A DNA stretch of 63,783 nt, filler included, from Choristocarpus tenellus KU-1152 (GCA_964200185.2; 8 parts of 8 records of this genome joined end to end with filler, not necessarily neighbours in it); one strand, 5' to 3'; counted from the whole stretch's first letter, positions 14,003-27,435 are shown. Numbers and translations: made by a program. Notes: generated from the sequence alone by a model not told the origin.

Positions 14003-14259
14003 TATTTTTATTATTATTGTCAATATTATTATCATCAATGTTATCGATATCATTATCAATCTTGTTGTTCTCCCTAATATCACGATTTTTGTTATTATTG
14101 TCAATATTATTATCATCAATGTTATCGATATCATTATCGACCTTGTTGTTCTTCCTAATATCGCGATTTTTGTTAATATTGTCAATATTATTATCATCAA
14201 TATTATCGATATCATTATCAATCTTGTTGTTCTTCCTAATATCACGATTTTTGTTATTA
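14003..14259. repeat. Minisatellite, 78-bp unit, about 3.3 copies
   Basis: Repeated ATTGTCAATATTATTATCATCAATGTTATCGATATCATTATC..CTTGTTGTTCT.CCTAATATC. Confidence 0.95.
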
Positions 14260-14664
14260 CTCAGCCATGGTATTGTGGCAAGAGAGTGTAGCAAAACCTA
14301 CATATTGGCTACACAGTGAAATAGTGATAACCTAAAAAAACGGAAAAATGATCACTTCCTGATGCTGGCAGACCTTGTCATATATAATAGTTAACCTTTA
14401 TTATTGCTATGATATCGCACCATACATCTTGGTGCGATATGACTATTAATCTCAATGTGACGAAACAGTCTTATTTTGATTCAAACGTAAATTTGAGTAC
14501 ACAATATACTAAGGACCTATTAATCTCAAAAATAGGAAACAACAGCTAACCTCAACACGATACAACTTTAGTCTAAAACCAATACAACCATCAATATTTT
14601 TTTTATCAAGAAGTAATATAAATACAGATATAGTTGTAAGAAATCTTGACAACATTCTAGCCGT

Positions 14665-15250
14665 GTCAATGAACAAGGTCGCTAGAAACACTGCATTTGT
14701 AGCAGGAAGTCAAGGACCGGCTCAGGTCGTAAGGCGCCAGCTCTGCAATTGGGGCTGGGTCACGCAGCAATGCACTGCAGGGCCATGAAAGGACAACTCG
14801 CAGGAGAAAGCATCCTACAGCAACTGGGGGCACAAGGCAAGGGGCTGTCACAGGAAAAAAATCCGCAAGACGGCTACGATCAAGGAAGACGGGAAGAAGA
14901 TGCTTCACCTGCAACAACACAGGACACTTTGCCAAGGTCTAATTATAGACCGGTTGCGGCAGTCCTTGGCAAAGTGCCCTGTCTCGTTACGGATGAAACA
15001 CCTTCTTCCTGTCTCCCTTGACCGTAACAGTCCCGCGGTTTTTCCGTCACGACTGTCCCTTGCCTCGTGCCCCCGCTTGCTGCGAGGTGTACATTCTCTC
15101 TTGCGAGTCCTCCTTTCTCGACTCTTGCAGTTTCTCTTTGCTGTGTGACAAACCCTCTCACAGAGCTGGCGCCTTTACGGCCTGAGCCAGTCCTTGATTT
15201 GCCGCTACGAACGAAAAAAAAAATTCAGTGGCTCGTTGATCTGTTCATAG
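14665..15250. repeat. Long imperfect inverted repeat (foldback), arms about 250-280 bp, loop about 14941-14960
   Basis: GGACACTTTGCCAAGG / CCTTGGCAAAGTGCCC at the loop; GCTCAGGTCGTAAGGCGCCAGCTCTG / CAGAGCTGGCGCCTTTACGGCCTGAGC distally. Confidence 0.9.
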
Positions 15251-15399
15251 TCCCTCGTACCGCTGAGGAATCACCACCGTGTCGATCCTCACGTGTGCCG
15301 AACGAAGCCAGCGATGTGTCATTGTCCAGCATTTCTCTTTCCCATCCATCTCGTACTCCACGCAAAGTCAACTCACTCATGATTCTGATGTTGACCTAG

Positions 15400-16225
15400 T
15401 CTTCCGATCCCTTTACCCTTAACCTCTCTAACTGCTTCACGGCTCAATCAACACGGGGTGCAAACTTGGTCGGATTTTCTCCTGACCCTGCTCTCCACCG
15501 CATTCAAATCGCAACATAGCTGCCGTCGCTCACCTATACTATTACATCAGGCCGACAGTACATGAGCAGCCCCTTCTAAGCCTGGCTCGGTGACTTCCGC
15601 ACCTAACACGATCTCGAAGGAAATGTCCCTGCCCGCAACGATCAGTGACCCCCACACCACCCCCCACCCCGGCCTCATACAATCTATCTGCGTTTATGCA
15701 CATGCTGTCGAAGTCAGATGACCCGATTTTGATAGCCTCCTCCTCAGCGCACACCCGAATTCTAATGACACATACAAGAGAGATCGCATACGTGCACGGT
15801 GTACTGCTTTCGGGCAGAGCTCCGTAAGTCCTCTTTCTTGCCTGAGAACAGTTTGCAGCTCCACCTTCAGGACCGACTTCCGACCGCCGCCTTGGCAATT
15901 GGTGCACCTCATTAGCGCCTCTGTCAACAATTGCATCAGGTTGGCCCACGCTCAACATCTCTGTTCCCCAGGTGAAGAGACTCAATGAGCTTCTGAAGAA
16001 ACGCCAACATTGGGCATACTTTCGACCTTGCGATTCAACCTGCTTGTTGGCTCCTGCGCTCGCCTTTTCTCTCTTCCCTCCGTTCAGGCGGAGAGACTCA
16101 GCCTTTTCTCTGTTAGGCGTGTGTCTCAAGAATGTTTACTCTGTATTGACTATGACCTGCAAACTCTTGCGCTTAATTGTACATCTAACTCCATGGAAGG
16201 GACTCAGTCCTTGATGAAATTTTGA
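15400..16225 (+). pseudogene. Possible decayed hAT-type transposase C-terminus
   Basis: CARLFSLPSVQAERLSLFS resembles the hAT dimerisation motif (A.R.LS.P.S.A..ER.FS); reading frame broken. Confidence 0.3.
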
Positions 16226-16739
16226 AAGCGAGACCGTGCGAAGTTTTTTTTTTTTTCTTTTTCTCAAACCCCGGATGTCTAGAACGACATTAAAGGTTCC
16301 ATTACTGTATGTGTATAAAGGTTCCTTCTCAACTGTATCAAAATCGTTCCTAACGATCTAGAAGCTTTCCTTCTAGAATGTACCGTTTCGCCTGAAGCAG
16401 CGCCAACCACTCCTAACAAAATCGTGTTTCCAGTGCCCCTGAGTTGCATCACCGGGATATGATCACACTACATGGCCAAATAATCAGTTCCTGTCCATTT
16501 CATTGAAGGTACTTGGAAACACTTGTATAGTGCAACTACTATCGACAAAAACGTGTTTTCAGTGTCCCTGATTTAAATCACTGGGATGCGATTGGACCAC
16601 ATAGTCAAACCCTCATTAAGTGTCCAAAGGCGTGTGTATATATATATATGCACAAAAATACAGTAATTATTACTAATCCCACTGTCCCATAAGTCTGGGC
16701 CGTTTAGTTGTAGCCCTTCAATGTGACCTCCATTCACTA

Positions 16740-17136
16740 AACAAACCTTGGCGCCGGATTCGTTGGAGTATATTACATCAAAAAACTATGTCTCACCTCT
16801 ATTCGACACCGTCAACCCACCCACCAATCCAGGGCTGCCGTGGAGGCTGCTCGGACTACTTTGACTGATCTAGCCAATCTACCCTCCTGCTGCCTTTTTA
16901 TTGGTCCCGGTGTGCTCTACCTCGAAATCGTCCCCCCCTAGCGCCCTCAACACCTGATTTTACCCCTTAAACACACTCTGCCCCACCCTCTTGAGCGTGT
17001 CCGTGTCATACACGTGGAACATACTTGAAACCCCCTCTACAAGTTCATCAACGGTGCCGTAACGCTCTACCCAAACCCTTCTCTTCACGGATGCAAAAAG
17101 AACAAAATCATTGACATTGAAATCTGGTGTTTGCGC
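16740..17136 (-). mobile_element. Mariner (DD39D-like) transposase C-terminal remnant
   Basis: Minus-strand AQTPDFNVNDFVLFASVKRRVWVERYGTVDELVEGV...LGGDDFEVEH matches the SPDxNxxD...GGN.Y...H tail of plant/stramenopile mariners. Confidence 0.65.
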
Positions 17137-17236
17137 NNNNNNNNNNNNNNNNNNNNNNNNNNNNNNNNNNNNNNNNNNNNTTAATTAATTAANNNNNNNN
17201 NNNNNNNNNNNNNNNNNNNNNNNNNNNNNNNNNNNN

Positions 17237-17261
17237 CCCCCCCTCCCAGACACTTTGGGTC
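17237..17261. mobile_element. MITE family A terminus at contig start
   Basis: C(n)AGACACTTTGGGTC. Confidence 0.65.
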
Positions 17262-18594
17262 TTTGACTCATTGTGATATGTGGGTAACATGAGATCTGGG
17301 CCTCAAGAGAGACTAGTCATGAAAGTGATTGGGGGGATCTGTACCAGACATGTATCCAAAAATCTTTTTACATAGACAATAGATTGTTACGGCAATGCAA
17401 GATATACACGCTATGCAAAGGAGAATGTTACCAGCAAAACGAAATCTCAAGTCAAGACGGTTTGGGACGAGAAATTTACTGATTATACAATCCATTTACT
17501 GACGTTAGGTTGCGATCATTTCATAGCATTGTGGGATCTGTTCTCTGTTCTTTTGTGAAGGTCACAGGAGGGTCCATAGCCACAAAAACGAAAGCAATAG
17601 ATATCAATTGTGGACGAACGAAGACCAGGGGCAGGTCCATGTCCAACAATACTATCAATAATGTACTGGCAAACGAAGGGTTGAGAGGATTGACGTTCTG
17701 CTTCTGGTAAGGGTAACGCTCTTCCCAGAAAGAAATATGGCAGTTAATTCAAGTGGTATGAGGGGTTTGACTTGGTGATTGTAACTCTTCATTCTACCCA
17801 AATGGACAGAAAATGGACGTGGGTTTTCAGGAAAACGACCATGTGCGCAATGGTTTATACCTTAGAATAAACTTCATATTGACCCTCCAAGACTTCAAAA
17901 TAGAATCATTAGTACTCTCAAGGGGCCTATGGACTACAACTATAGTACCAGTTACCAAAACGGGCTACACGAGACGTTGGTTGGCACATTCCTCATCTGT
18001 AACATGTTTATGCAGGTTCCAGTGTGCCATTTCAAATGCATGCCGTAAATTATCTTGGGTTTGTTGAGTATACTCTTCAGTATTGACATGTATATCAGTT
18101 TGAGATGACCCAGGGATAATACCAACAGGTAAATGAGGCTGTCTTCCATCAAACAGAAGGGAAAACGGGGTTTCATGCGATTTTGCACTGAAAGATGTGT
18201 TACGGGTTAATTGCTCAAAAGGTAGTAACAATGCTTGGTTATCCCCAGCAACAAAGATATAACCATTTCTAGCATAGAATGCAACGTGGCATGTACTCTA
18301 ACGCAGATTTTTCTTGGGGGAGATACGTTGTGGTTTTTGGTTTTCTTGTAACCTAAGACATAGTCCAACTCTGCAATGATAATGTATTCGAATTCGGTAT
18401 CATGGTCGGAATGTAACAACTCTGGTGGACTGAAAATAGGAAATTAATGTGCTACCAGCATACGAGCAATTGTTGGGCTTCTTTGTTCGGAAAAAGTGGA
18501 TCAAAGTTTTGAAGAGGGTAGGGCCGCGTCCGTTCGACGTCATAAATCCAATGTTGTGATTTTGATGATGAATTTTGACTATCGTGTTTGATAG

Positions 18595-19278
18595 TGTTAA
18601 AAGATAGGCTAATCAGTCGATTTGCTTTGATACGATACAGCATCATCAGTCATACTGAGCGTTGATTTGTTCATTGCAATGGTCGCTAGTCCCATTTACA
18701 TCATTAGCTCATGTATTCAGTCATAAGTTGCATAGATTTGTCGATTCTTTTTTTTACTTGACTGGCATTGCTAACCATAAGGTATCCTGCTTACTCTGCA
18801 ACGCGTGTAAGACAAACGCCGGAACGCAATATAAACAGGGTTAAAAAACCATCCTTCGAAACCCTTCTCTGCCAAGGCGACAACCATATTCATAGAGGAT
18901 GAATTTCTTCATTTGAGCGCCTCAATGAACGACCACACAGTTTCTATCAATCACAGTCTGCTTCAGTAAAACATGCCACAGACGTACCAGTACCCATTTC
19001 ACTCCAACCAAAGTCTGATTGCGTAAGACGTCCCTTCAGACGCACCGAACCGGACCAAATCCATAGGTGTGTTGTTGCACCGTGACACACACGCTCTAAA
19101 CGTGTTAATCACAGCACAACCAAACATACCTTCATATCGAACACTGTCTGACTAAATACAACATGTCATCAGACCTGCCAGAACAAATTCATCAGTGATT
19201 TGTTGCGCAATGATTTCCTTTGTCACAAACCAGACACATCACAACAAGACACAACTCATACGAAATCGGGTTTCAACA
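18595..19278. mobile_element. Solo LTR (684 bp)
   Basis: TGTTAAAA...TTTCAACA termini, 5-bp flanks GATAG/GTTAG, precisely interrupts a family B MITE. Confidence 0.75.
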
Positions 19279-19320
19279 GTTAGCAAGTGTCAATATCCTT
19301 GCTCCGGATACACCTTTATA

Positions 19321-19581
19321 GAGTGAAAACATATGAGAGGGTAGGGCCGCGTCCGTTTGGGGTCCAAAATCCAATGTCGCGACTTTGATGCAATTTTGGC
19401 ATTCGTGTTTATTAGCAAGCGTAAAATATATCTTGTTCTGGATACACCTTTTGTCGTTGTATACATTCTAGGTGACTTTGTTCAAGCAGAAAACCGAAAA
19501 AGGGCAATAAAAAACCGTGGAAGCCGAGACCCGAATGACAAACAGGGCAAACCTCTTACCCTCTTAAATGCTTTCGATCTC
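19321..19581. mobile_element. MITE family B (inner, nested)
   Basis: GAGTGAAAACATATGAGAGGGTAGGGCCGCGTCCG...TACCCTCTTAAATGCTTTCGATCTC; flanks ATA/ATA. Confidence 0.8.
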
Positions 19582-20407
19582 ATAGTCATACACATTTTAG
19601 GTAACTGTGCTCACATAGAAAACCGAAAAGGGTATAAAAAGTTTGCAAGAAGCCAAGCCCCGAATGGACAAACAGGACAAAACTCCTACCCTCTCAAATT
19701 CTTTGGTCCAAGGCACAGCACAACAATTCCAGTGAGATGAACAACAACAGACAAGACGTACAAGCACATCACAGCATTTCCTGCTGAGGAACGTGTGTTG
19801 TACTCTACAATATTAATTGCAACACGTTGAAATGCTCTTTCAACAGACATGTGGCCAGCGGGAAGTGTAGTTTAGTTTTGAATAGTCTTACAAGTTTCGC
19901 ATGCTTGATAATCACGGCACCATGTACAAATATCGATATTGAATGTTGGCCACCAATATGAATCTCTACCCCTATCAAATGCGGGTTTGAAATCTATAAG
20001 TGGCCTTCAGAAATACGTGATTATGACAACCGTGGAGTAAAAGTCGAACTAGTGAGTGAGGAATGACCAACTGGTCTCTAAACGTGCTCGTCTTACAAAA
20101 ATGGCTAGTATATGTGGACGACAAAAATAAGCCATCACCAAGCAAAAAATACAGCATAGACATTATGGAGTCCTTGTCAGATAGTGGGGCGAAACTGGGG
20201 GACAACTTCCTGAAATATGATCCAAACTCGGACTCCTGCTGCCCCTTGCACAATTGCTCCAATTTCACTCTAGGGGATAAAGTGGTGGAACTACTACAAA
20301 ATTCACGATCACTTTGGACAGTATTTGCTTGGACAAAGTTAGGACCAGATAACTCATATTCCTTTGGACACGTACGATACAAGAGCGATTACATGGGGTG
20401 CATTATG

Positions 20408-20573
20408 GACTCAAAGTATCTGAGGGGGGGAGGTGGGGGATCTACACCAGGGTGTCAATTTGGACCAAAACCAGGAAAAGTGCACTTATGTTATCCATCC
20501 GACGTATGCAACCAAATCACTCAAAAATGGCGACATGAAAAAATTGACCCCAAATGGGCAGCCGTCCCCCCCC
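20408..20573. mobile_element. MITE family A, truncated by gap
   Basis: GACTCAAAGTATCTGAG(n)..TCTACACCAGGGTGTCAATTTGG; interior matches 51723. Confidence 0.85.
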
Positions 20574-20673
20574 NNNNNNNNNNNNNNNNNNNNNNNNNNN
20601 NNNNNNNNNNNNNNNNNTTAATTAATTAANNNNNNNNNNNNNNNNNNNNNNNNNNNNNNNNNNNNNNNNNNNN

Positions 20674-20743
20674 GGTCATTGCCCAAAATGGACCCCCTGG
20701 TGTAGACCCCCCCCCCCCTCCCCCCCCCCAGATACTTTGGGTC
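20674..20743. mobile_element. MITE family A long-spacer end at contig start
   Basis: AAATGGACCCCCTGGTGTAGACC(n)AGATACTTTGGGTC. Confidence 0.85.
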
Positions 20744-21099
20744 AATGACTAACATAGGCTCCTCGGTAACTCAGGGATTTACTGAAGGTTTAATGTGCCG
20801 CACCTCCTATGCATCATGTGTACTGCACATACCTCTGTTGTTTCACGGTATGAAAGTGTTGTGTCTGTCTGTCTTGACTATTTTTTTGACAGCATGTTCC
20901 TCCCTACTCCGAAACTGTGGTTGTCGTCAAGTCCAAAGCACTTCCTGGTTCTCCAATGGAGACTGTTATTGAACTTTACATCAAGCCCGCCTCTTTGCTG
21001 GATCCTTTGGGTCGTCAAAGACCTTGGTCCTGCCTGATGTTGAGTCGTACATAATGATGGTTCTTGTGTTGTAAAGATTGTTAATCCATCTAGTCGAAG

Positions 21100-22420
21100 A
21101 GTAAAGTTACCTGCTGGGTTGAAGTCGGAGCAGAAGCTCCAACCACTGTCGACGAGTGTATGGAGGATGTGTTATCAGTGCTGTTCTAGCTACACCGATA
21201 AGTGAGTCCCAACATTGTGCCGCATGTAAGGAACTTAAACAAGCATTTATACCCATATTGTCAGATACCATGCTCACTGTAAGTGAAACAGAGCAGATAC
21301 TCGATGTTGCGCCAAATTTGGGCAGTGTTTGCTTTGAGTAAAAGTATCTTAGAGCGTACGAGTTTTGCCCTGTTTGTCCATTTGGGGCTTGGCTTCCCAT
21401 GTTTTTTTTAATGGCATTCTCCTACTCCAAAATATTTCGAGTAGGTAAAATGTGTACCTTATGAAAAGGTGTGTCCGGAACAGGGATATGGAGACTTCCT
21501 AAAAACACGATAGCAAAGACTACATCAAAATCGCAACATTGGATTGTAGCTACCAAATGGACGCGGATCTACCCTCTAAGATACTTTGGCTCTTTTTCAA
21601 AGCAGGAGTTGGGCGAATATACTACAGATCCTGTTCAATTTCTACTTGAACCTGGGACGCGTCCGGTTAATCGTGCTCCATATCAAGTGCCTCTCTGAGT
21701 TCAAGACACCCTTCCCAAGTACATTCTACAGATGGAAATTCAAGGAGTTGTGTGTTCATCTATAAGCTCCTAGTCCTCACCTGTCAGGCATACAGTCACA
21801 GCTGATGGATCACCTCGTTTTTGCTGTGACTACTACAGACATACACTCAATGAACACCCAGTCCAACAATCTTGACCTTTGCTGTTCATGGAGGATTGAC
21901 TCAATAATTTAGGAGGCGCAAAGTACTAAGTTGCGTAGTCAGTCAGAGCTTGTTGACAAATTCCAATCACAGATGAGGAAGCACGTCGAAAAACCTCGTT
22001 CCTCACTCGTGATGGTAAAAGGGAGTTCCGTATACTACTATATATACGAGTTGGTAATGCGCTGTGGGTGTTCTGAAGTTTTATCTCTACCTTATTTTCT
22101 GCTTTTGGTCCCTTGTGGAGGCTCCTTGATTGTTTAGAAGATACAGTACTAGCATCTCTCACCCAGGAAAAGCATATTCACTTGATCGGGAGAGTACTAT
22201 CCACCCTCCAAGCCACAGATGTCGCTCTCAAACCATCTAAATTACAGATTGGATTGAAAAAGATCACATACCTGGATATAGTGTCACTCCTGAAGGTATT
22301 GCTGTCATTTAGTCAAGAACAGAGGCAATCAATAATCTTCCTCCTCCATCCAACCTCAAAGTCTTCAATCTTTGTGGGGGTCAGATGAACTACGTAAGGA
22401 AATATATAAATAATATATAT
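21100..22420 (+). mobile_element. Decayed Ty3/Gypsy reverse transcriptase
   Basis: LEPGTRPVNRAPY, SSPV..DGSPRFCCDY, LGGAKY, KTSFLTRDG, HLIGRVLSTLQATDVALKPSK..ITYLG; stops and frameshifts. Confidence 0.85.
21336..21592. mobile_element. MITE family B (complete, 257 bp), inserted in Gypsy pol
   Basis: GAGTAAAAGTATCTTAGAG...CTCTAAGATACTTTGGCTC; flanks (C)TTT/TTT(T). Confidence 0.9.
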
Positions 22421-23249
22421 TCCTGACTTAACAACTATATCATGATTCGGTTGATCATCCTTCCTTATGTTTGTAAAACAAAAAATGCGAAGTTGGGTAA
22501 ATTGTGGAGGGTGTTGTTAAAGTATCCCCCAATTTATGTATGGATAGGAATGATAAATACAGGAATGGTACCAAATGTTGTAGAGAGAAGTGATCAATTT
22601 AAGAAGGGAGGCATCTAGCAACCTCAAAGCACCTTGTAATAGTATATTCAATTCCAAATAATCAATGCATACACGAGCAGTTCTGGGTTTACCAGCTGAT
22701 AACTGTTGCACTCTCACCCTACATGTATATTATTATTAATATTCAATGTGGTTGAAGGAATATATTTGAACATCTTTCCCTGCGCCAAACAATTCTGAGT
22801 GATCTTTCAAGATTCTATCACAGTCACTGCCACTAAGAAAAAACGCAGCTAAATAAGAAAGGACAAAATATTGAACTCATTGAATAATGCTCCAAACTAA
22901 TAATAAGAAATTCAGACCCAACAAAATAAGCTTACAATATACAGGTCTAGCCCTGTAAGTTCAGCAAAACTTCTCTTTGCAAACATAACTTTCCGAGTCA
23001 TGAGGCATGTGCTATCAAATTAGGCCCTGGCCGCATCAATTCCACTATTTGTAATAACCCTAAGCAGATAATAATGCAAGAACATATTGCAATAGAAAAT
23101 AACTCAGGTTCCAAAAGACCAATCAGTGGGAATGCCAAGCCCAAATAACAATCCAGAGCCCACCATAACTGCCTGTTTATATTATTTGGAGCAATGACAA
23201 TCTCGATCTGACACACAACAAACTACTGTGGGTAGGTACCACATCTCAT

Positions 23250-23640
23250 GGGACATAGCACAAGTGCATACAGGCACCACAATAGCCCATATCGAGTAAA
23301 CATAATACACACAATAAGTATTGCACAGAGCCACATAATCGAGCAGCAGTCATAACTAGAAGTCCGTTCTAAATAAATACCATCTGTGCAAATCCAGAAT
23401 ACTCTGGCATGGAGATGTACATTGTGAAATCAATGGCGACAGACACATAAATCCAGACACCATGCCATTCCAAACACCTGAGATAGATTCAAAAACAACT
23501 CCATTGTCACTCTTCTATGCTATGAAAACACTCAAGAACTGAGAGCTCAGAACGACACTGGAAGATGTTAAAAAGTGCCACACAATCAGCAACGCCTGCA
23601 AGTAGTTAGGGTCATCATAAAAATAACCTCCTAACAAAGA
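23250..23640 (-). pseudogene. Possible CxC/KDZ-transposase-associated domain remnant
   Basis: Minus-strand FLNLSQVFGMAWCLDLCVC...ICTDGIYL resembles the F..AW..F..L...C..C...I..DG..L pattern; heavily decayed. Confidence 0.25.
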
Positions 23641-23764
23641 CTTCAAGGTTGGGGCAGGTCTTTCCTAAGTAAATACCTCTCACAACTTACCAATATTGGA
23701 TGCACAGACTAGTTTCTTGAAGTACGACTTACCACAACCACATGTGGGGGCGAAGTCAACCCCC

Positions 23765-24034
23765 TTGCCATAGTATCTTAGAGGGTATGTGTTTAGCTCA
23801 GGCTGTCCATTTGGGGATTGATGAGGTGTTGTAAGATACTCCAGTTTGATGCCTGTTTTGTGAGTGAATTTCCTTCAGATTTGGTTCAGGTAAGGGGATG
23901 GAAAAGGAAGGTGCGTTCAGATGAAGGAAATTGCCCTTACATCCGACACGTTCACTCAAATGACATGAAAAACGCTACAGGTTCGCACAGGCCCTGAATG
24001 GACGTCTGAGCCCCACTCTCGAATACTGTGGGTT
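23765..24034. mobile_element. MITE family C (complete, 270 bp)
   Basis: CCATAGTATCTTAGAGGG..GTCCATTTGG ... AATGGAC..AATACTGTGG; colinear with 35104. Confidence 0.85.
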
Positions 24035-26088
24035 ACTACTCAATTGCAGATAACCTATCAGTCACGCAAGTGTTCAGGATACTTGCACGGCGACACACCT
24101 TCCTGCTATGATAACAAAGTGGGGTTGACATCATTCCTAACGGAACAATGGCAACGCCATGAACTCATATGCAAGACTCCCCTCTTACAATATAGCGTGA
24201 TGGGATGTCATTTTTACCAGGTCAGAGCAAAGGGGGAAAATCAAGACCGACTTTCACTCGAGAGGGGTGATTCCCCTTTACAAGCTTGCCCCAGTGAAAC
24301 ACTTGCAAGCACTTCTTAACAAACTAATATCTCTGACTAGAACCCCCCCCCCAAAATGGTTCAAATCCTGTTCTGAATGGCACCAGGCAGGTGGGTAAGG
24401 ATAGCGGTGCACGACCGAATGGTTGGATTCTTTTGTCTAAATGGAACGACTTCACAGTGCCAGTCAGTGTACATAGGAGGGTTGTCATTCTACTCACGTA
24501 GGTACATAATAGAATCAGGTTCCACCTCTGGTCCAGAGTACTGTGTCTTCTCTTCATACTTCTTATTTTTCCTACATGACAAACCCTCCAATGTGTCAGG
24601 GCATAATACACTTCAAATTTATGTACGTTATCCTGTATGGTACATAGTAGTATAATATGTATGTGATGTAGTTTGTATAACATTCTTTGATAAAATATAA
24701 TCATTCTGAAAAGAAAACTACAACCCCGGGGATCCGAATCCAGAACATCTGCTTGGAAGGCAGATATGATCACTTCACAACAATTATATACTTGGCACTG
24801 TCTGTACGTTATACTTAATTCGACTAACAATTGTCAACCCATAACCAATATTTTGTTCGTTCTTCTTCCTGTCTCTGTCATGTGCACGCCCGCCTTTCCT
24901 GAAGAGGCTGTACGGAACGTTCCATACTGTTTGCGTGTGCGTGTGTAAAATTTACTGTTGATTCAACTCTTGTATTCATTGCTCGTGTCATATGAATATT
25001 TGTCTGTGCTCTTTAGATCTCATTCAAATCATAAAGTGAATTATCATAGTTAGTGATTCAGCATATTTTCATATTTCCAATATGGCACTATCTGCAAGGT
25101 TCATCATCAGCCTACAGGCTTGTGGATCAGAGCTACATATCTGATCATGATAAGCTGTGGAGTGTTAGTACGTAATACAACTCGATCTCTACAGTGCCGA
25201 CCCTGTTTAGGAACAGGCGGCAAATAAGAAGTGGAGCCTAAATTTTCTCAACAAAACAAGGAGGAGACGCTGAAACTTTGATTGTGCTGCACAATGCGAA
25301 ATGCAGAGATTCTACCTTTCTCTGTATCTCATCTAAGGGGCAGCAATGGTGGGGGCGCGTGGAGCAATAGCTACACCATGATAGCTTTGGTCATCAACAT
25401 TTCAATGCTACTTTGCATGTTGCTTTATTCTTTGCTTGACCCCAAATGAACAAACACATTGAACTATGATAACGTGCATTCAACATCTAAGTAACCTTCA
25501 AAAGTCTATAGTAGAAACTTGATGCCGTTCTCTGGCCATTTTTTCGTCGGGCACCGTTAAATCTCCTTGGTTTCATGGACCATGCACTGGGGGGGTCAAC
25601 TAATTTACAACATTTTTTTACAGGAGTATAGATGTGCTATATTTAGCAAGTAATTCCTCTCTAGTATTGGTTGTGTGTTCTGTGTGTTGTGTTTGTTGCG
25701 GATGACAATGTGCCAGCTGAGCTTTTAGTAATCAGTAGTCACCAATATAGCACTGCAGGGATGAGCTCCTCTTCTCCAGCATAAAAACCACACAATCACA
25801 TACATATGCCAAGCCCAACTAGTTTATCCATTACAAAGTCGCTGATACTGCGAACAACTATCTAGGACGTAGCAAGGAGCTCATATTGCATCTGCAGTCA
25901 GACTAAGCATTGCTGAAACATTGCCATAATCCTAAGTAGGCTGGGTAGGTCATAGTCCATTCCTGGCAGATTGTTCTGTAGAGGGCATCAACTTGCACAA
26001 TTATGTCGTGGGGAGTACGGCAACGAGAAATAAATGCGCAAGCTTGAGCAGATAACATGTTTCTTTATTGCTTTCCAATCAACCATGT

Positions 26089-27435
26089 TCAATTGACAAT
26101 GCTGTCAGTTGGGAGCAACGTCCGCATCTTCTCCAGAGTTTGTTGAGTGCTAGTGTGGTGCATAAAAATCCCCCCCATCCGTTCCCAGTCTGGCCTCAAG
26201 GACTCCCTGTAAGGTGAAGAGTTGGAAGAGGGCAGGGCATGAGGAAAGAACGCATGCGGTGTTAAGGACCAAAGGCCTGTGGTTGAAGTGCAAATTCTGA
26301 TTGAATCCCAATATTAGGTTCTTTCTTGAAATAAAATATATTTGGAGTATCTTTAGTGGAGGACATTTTTTTGTGGTGTATGTGCCATGTCTAGTCTCAG
26401 AATGTTGTGTGGTACAAGATGTTGCTGTCCTCAGAATGATGCTATACAGATCAGGAAGCACTGGCGTGCGGGCTGATCCTATTTGCCTTGCTGTGTATGC
26501 TGTGAGAATAACAGTGGGCACTGTACTCACCTGTCATCGATGAGAATACTCCCGGCCGTCGTGCAATAATTATATTTATCCTTAGACATGCATGTGATCA
26601 CTGGAACATGCTTCCCCAACTCTCGAGAACACCACAGACGCTAGTTAGGACGATGCATGTCACGGATCGACACGAATGAGACTCTGGATGTGGATCAAAC
26701 TTGTGGAAAGGTGTTACAAGAAATTCAGTACGAATATTGCGTAGCAGTAGAGGTGGGATGTCCTTGGCAGGAAAAGATTAGATTGAGAGTATGTGTAACA
26801 CAGCAAAATATTGCCCGGTCTACTGGCATATAAAGACGCTTGTATGATTGGATTATGGGTTCCTGGCTCCAAATATCATTGGGAAGGATGAGCCGAGGGT
26901 CACTGACCTTTTGAGGTTCAGCCCAATTCCCCATCGGAAGTCCTGTCAGGATCGTTGGTTGCAGATGACGGATACTCTCCCACAGCTCTCGGCCATCATC
27001 CATCCAGTCCAGCTTTGCATCTGCCGCAAACGTATTTCCAGGTTAACACGGGCGAGAGGAACTCGACATGACCCTTAGGACGTTACGATTAGCGAAAATT
27101 AGACCTACAGCACACCTTTGCTACTGAGACCGTGGATGATTGCAGCACAGTTGTAGAGTACCCACATCCCTATCTTCCACATCATCACTGCATTGGCCAT
27201 GGCATCAGTTGAATCCAGCAAGCAGATCATTAATAAATCAAAGGATATCTCACGACGTGTGCCAGGACCTCCACAACTCAAGACTGGGTCTTATCTCACA
27301 GAAATCAGATGTTCGTGCGAGTTGGCCCCACATAGTCTTCTTGCTTAGTTCATGAGGAGGCACCCCGAGAAGACGGATGACGCCCTTGTCAAAGTTGCAC
27401 AAGACTCCATCGAGATCACAGAAGACAGTTACCAT
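26089..27435 (-). CDS. HAD-superfamily 5'(3')-deoxyribonucleotidase (NT5C)-like hydrolase; exons 27435-27300, 27020-26908, 26640-26531, 26206-26089
   Basis: HAD motif I VFCDLDGVL, motif II ILTG, motif III K (SKDK), motif IV ILIDDR, C-terminal W..MGGIFMHHTS; three GT-AG introns with matching phases; stop at 26089. The true start may lie further upstream. Confidence 0.9.

Larger units (their letters stand above)
18498..19709. mobile_element. MITE family B (outer), split by a solo LTR and by a second family B copy
   Basis: Pieces 18498-18594, 19279-19320 and 19582-19709 join into one family B unit; flanks AAGT/AAGG. Confidence 0.8.
17400..20380 (-). mobile_element. Decayed Ty3/Gypsy integrase region interrupted by nested insertions
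   Basis: LVIPHSLVRLLLHGCHNH (integrase Zn-binding), LHSDHDTEFE (core SDxGxEF), SHETPFSLLFDGRQPHLP; many stops and frameshifts. Confidence 0.75.

Noticed and set aside
12780-14319. Long repetitive ORFs (TTNTSILL, IDNNNK, LVVSNIEV) on both strands
   Set aside because: Produced by 24-bp and 78-bp minisatellites whose unit lengths are multiples of 3.
24324-24830. 168-aa minus ORF as a Sola/DUF7869 transposase (DN...H..LDQ)
   Set aside because: Only two weak motif hints, spacing unconvincing; not supportable without a search.
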